Origin: a virus
Lineage: Duplodnaviria > Caudoviricetes
Length of the DNA: 64,000 nt
IMG/VR virus record: IMGVR_UViG_3300017700_000931
Span: 256,001 to 320,000 of that record
Reading direction: 5' to 3' (one strand)
The position numbers and the translations under genes are program-made. The notes under the pieces were generated by a model. The model saw nothing but the letters and a program-made list of their open reading frames with translations. It ran no database searches and was not told where the DNA came from. Positions 60,642 through 64,000 of this stretch are shown piece after piece. Within the stretch, counting starts at the first letter, position 1. Each line of letters starts with the position of its first letter.

Positions 60642-61985
60642 ATGGAAGTATCATTGAGTAAACAATTGGCTGACAATTTAGCTTATTACGTTGAAGACCC
60701 AAAAAGAAGATGTTTTGGTCTAAGTGAAATAACCAAACAAAATGGTTGCTATTACAGTGGAAGTACTATTGGTAAAGAAACTGATGGTTGTTTTGTAGGT
60801 AGATTTTTAACACCAGAAGATAGGGTTAAAGCAGATACAGTTCTAGCTAATAATGATGCTGGAAGTGATATCATTAATTTGATTAAAATTGCTCCAGACA
60901 ATGATATTATTATCCCTGATGTCATAAAAAATAACGTTGAATTATTTCAACTATTTCAACAACTACATGATGCTGGTGAAATATATTGGGGTGAAGGTTC
61001 ATTAACTGATGACGGTAAGAAAAAATTAAGTAAAATAATTAGAACGTATGCACTTGATGCTGCTGAATTCTCAAAATTTTTATAATCATGAAAAAATACG
61101 ATAAACCAGATATCAAGATTGCCTTCAATAAAATCAAAAAGACAATTGATACCATGACAAAGTATGGTCATCGCAAACCAATATTGCGAATGATTGTTAC
61201 GTTTATTCAATCATATAAGAAATCGCATAACAAAGAAATGCTTGATTACTTAGACATTCTATTTGAATCCTTAAATACAAAAGGCGGAAGTATCTTGCGA
61301 AAAAAATTAAATCTAGACTAATCCAATGAGAGGCACATTTAATATCCAAACAGCCCAAACTGAAAAGGCGGTGGGATTACCAATGCTTTGTATTAAAAAG
61401 TGTTCCGGTGGTTCTGTTGGTAACATGGGTATATGTCATGATGTAGATTCATTTAACATCAATGGTGTAAAGTATTGGGAACCTCAACACATTTATATTA
61501 CTACTAACAATTATGGTGATGCCCTTGAAGAAGGAGACTATACCATTGTTAGTTTACCAACACATAATTTAGTTTCTAAATGTGAAGGTAATGGTGTATT
61601 AACTGCTAACATTGCTAGGCAACCCAAGATAATAGCTTCCACTGATAAAACAATCACACCAAATGCATGGATTCCATTGGCATTTGTTAGAATATTTGTT
61701 CAAGCTCATGAGGCAAAGCGACCACTCAAACATGTTTTCTTAGAAATGATTGAGGAAATGTCTGGGGGTTGGGTTCCTAGTTATAATAACCCTGATAACG
61801 CTAACTTTGATGAACCATCTGAACCAACTGGTAGATTAATACCTAAAGTTAAGCCTGATGGCTCCGTAATCGCTTTTCCAGATAAATTATATACTAGGGA
61901 TGAAATGATTGCTTTTGTTAAGCTATTTAATACCCAACAATTCGACTATGAATCCGTGGATAAATGGGTAAATGAAAATTTTTAA
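60642..61985 (+). CDS. hypothetical proteins (60642-61085, 61088-61321, 61326-61985)
   Basis: ORF track with corrected start. Confidence 0.75.
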
Positions 61986-62051
61986 TGAAAAAATTTGGTT
62001 AATTGATTTATTTGTATTATCTTTGTTACTCATTATTAAAACAACCATATT

Positions 62052-62507
62052 ATGAAAAATCTAATTTTTGCTTTTTTAACACTGATTACCTTTGAGGCTA
62101 GTTCTCAAATTGACCTTTCTTGTGATGCTTCATTCGTTGGAGTTTATTCAACAATTGAAGTCACCTACCCAATTTATGATAAAATTGTTGTTGGTGGTTC
62201 GTATGGGTACAACATTACAACAAACCCTTATTTAACTGACCGTATTGGTGGTGTTGTTGGAATTAAATTTGATGAATGGGCACAATTGGAATTGAATTTA
62301 GATTTCATTGGTGGATTCAGTTACGATGACCGCACAAAAAGTTATTATAAAGATTATATGTTTGGTGCTGCATTTGGTGGTAAGTTCCATTTTTGTAATA
62401 ATTTATTTGCTACAGTACAAGTAGCATGGCCGGGGTTCATTAAATTTGGTTTTGGTGTAAGACTTAGACCATACAAACAATTGACCGTTTGGGACAAACA
62501 ATATTAA
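62052..62507 (+). CDS. putative small outer-membrane beta-barrel protein
   Basis: Signal peptide ending ASS-Q; about eight alternating Gly/aromatic strands ending FIKFGFGVRL. Confidence 0.55.
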   Translation: MKNLIFAFLTLITFEASSQIDLSCDASFVGVYSTIEVTYPIYDKIVVGGSYGYNITTNPYLTDRIGGVVGIKFDEWAQLELNLDFIGGFSYDDRTKSYYKDYMFGAAFGGKFHFCNNLFATVQVAWPGFIKFGFGVRLRPYKQLTVWDKQY

Positions 62508-62538
62508 ACTACGAGGGGTAAAACCCTCATCAAGAATT

Positions 62539-64000
62539 ATGAGCAAAGAAAAATTAATTACGTTGTTTAAACAATGCTGTGATAACAACAAACATATCAA
62601 AGTTAAAGCATTGGTTGAAAACCCTAATTCTCAATTCGATTTCAAATCAGAGGGAATACAAATGTCGCATGAACAGTTAACTGTTCTAAATAAGTCTGGT
62701 TTTGAAGATTTTAAATTTAATGAGGGTATTTCACCAGATGGTTCCCGTGGGCGAGTATTTAAATTCGATTCTGAACCGCCATTAGCATTTTTTAGTGCAA
62801 GTATTACTTGTCATACTAAAATCAAAAGAATTTTTTCATCCTTCGGACCAATAATTAAATTTCCATTATTTAAGGAAGAATACAAAACAATTACAACTTA
62901 TCGTAAAAATTTTTGGGGTAAGGAAGTTAAAAGAGAACGTAAGGAACCAGTACAATTCTTTGCAAGAAAAGTTAATATGCCTACATTCCCAACTGGATAT
63001 AATTTACGACAAATTTCATATGACGAGTCAGATTATTTGGTATTTGGGCATATAGATACTAATAAAAATACCAAAGCACATTTTTGGGCTCAAGATAATC
63101 TTAAAAAGTATAGAAATTCTGTAAAATATTCAGGGATTCATTATAATCATAATGACGTTGGTGAAATGCATGTTTTTGAAAACGATAATTTGCTTCATGA
63201 GAAAATATGTAATAAAGCATTTTATATTAAAGGTGGTATTTTATCGTTCGGTGAAGTTTGGGCATGGCTTACATTTGAAGAACATGCTGAACTTGAAAAA
63301 TATTATTTAGAATCACTTGTGAAACTACATAAGGATATTCTTGATACTCGAATTGAAGAAACTAAGTAATGAAGATTGAATCTCAGGAAAAGATATCGAA
63401 AGACGATAGAGCCATTTACATTCAAATATGCTTTAATATTTGGGGTGGGGTTCCGGTTGACTATGATTGGGCAACTAAAACAAATTTTTACATTAAATCA
63501 CTAGAGGATTTTAAACAAAAATAATTATGTGGTTATTCTGGACAATTTATTTAAGTGGATATATCTGTTCCTATTTATTAGGTCGATATGATTATAGAAA
63601 ATCTAATAGGCAATGGACTGTTGGTAACAGAAAGGGTGTTTTAATTTTCTGTATATTTTCATGGATTGCATTCATTGCAATATTCATTGGTCTTGAAAAC
63701 AATAAACCAGCTAAGTGGTAATTTTAAAATAATATAATATGTCAATAAATAATTTTCCACCTTTTTATACTGGACAAAAAATTGTTTGTGTTGCACCCGA
63801 TGGAGATTGGTATGATTCCAATGATAACGTAGTAGCTGGACCCAAAAATAAAGAGGTTGTCACTTGTGTTGGATGTTATTTCAAACAAGATTATGGTTGG
63901 GCTGTAAATCTATTGGAGTATCCGGCCATTGACCCTAATGATTATTTTGATATTATCTGGAAAGAAAAAAACATGCTTTTGTTTGTGCCAGTTCAAAACC
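62539..64000 (+). CDS. hypothetical proteins (62539-63369, 63527-63721 membrane, 63739 to window end, partial)
   Basis: ORF track; last ORF runs off the window. Confidence 0.7.

Larger units (their letters stand above)
35803..62025 (+). promoter_or_regulatory. Right-arm Bacteroidota-type promoters, many with a CATCATTAAAAC-type leader
   Basis: -7 boxes at 35827, 37317, 37877, 39382, 40563, 42849, 44205, 46677, 48386, 49487, 51332, 54700, 55557, 58443, 58998, 62018, each 20 nt after TTTG/TTAG/CTTG. Confidence 0.9.

Overview
AT-rich 64 kb slice of a large tailed-phage genome. It contains no capsid, tail, terminase or DNA polymerase gene, so it is an accessory/early-gene region of a much bigger genome. 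The host is very likely Bacteroidota: about 30 promoters match the Bacteroidota sigma consensus TTTG-N20-TAnnTTTG, starts lack Shine-Dalgarno motifs, and several ORFs have Bacteroidota-type lipoboxes. Genes run leftward from about 35.75 kb to base 1 and rightward from 35.86 kb. Recognisable proteins: two ParB-like, DUF932, GHKL ATPase-PD-(D/E)XK nuclease fusion, LemA-like pair, HNH-RNA ligase fusion, three stand-alone HNH proteins, a GNAT and a SufC-type ABC ATPase. There is one canonical tRNA (CAT, probably Ile2). The most unusual signals are: (1) a ~1.2 kb island of six tightly packed structured non-coding elements (33590-34787), including a ~440 nt multi-helix RNA and tRNA-shaped RNAs with altered anticodon regions, upstream of the HNH and HNH-RNA ligase genes, plus an anticodon-armless tRNA at 55813; (2) an 11-member LPxCPxG paralog array; (3) a SufC partner that keeps only the SufB/SufD C-terminal docking tail; (4) a 10 kb cassette-like early region where genes are joined by either a promoter or a GC hairpin in front of the same TCAAACTAA leader; (5) an unannotated 39-aa ArfA-like peptide. 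All RNA structures were folded by eye and all protein families were recognised from remembered motifs; no database search was run.
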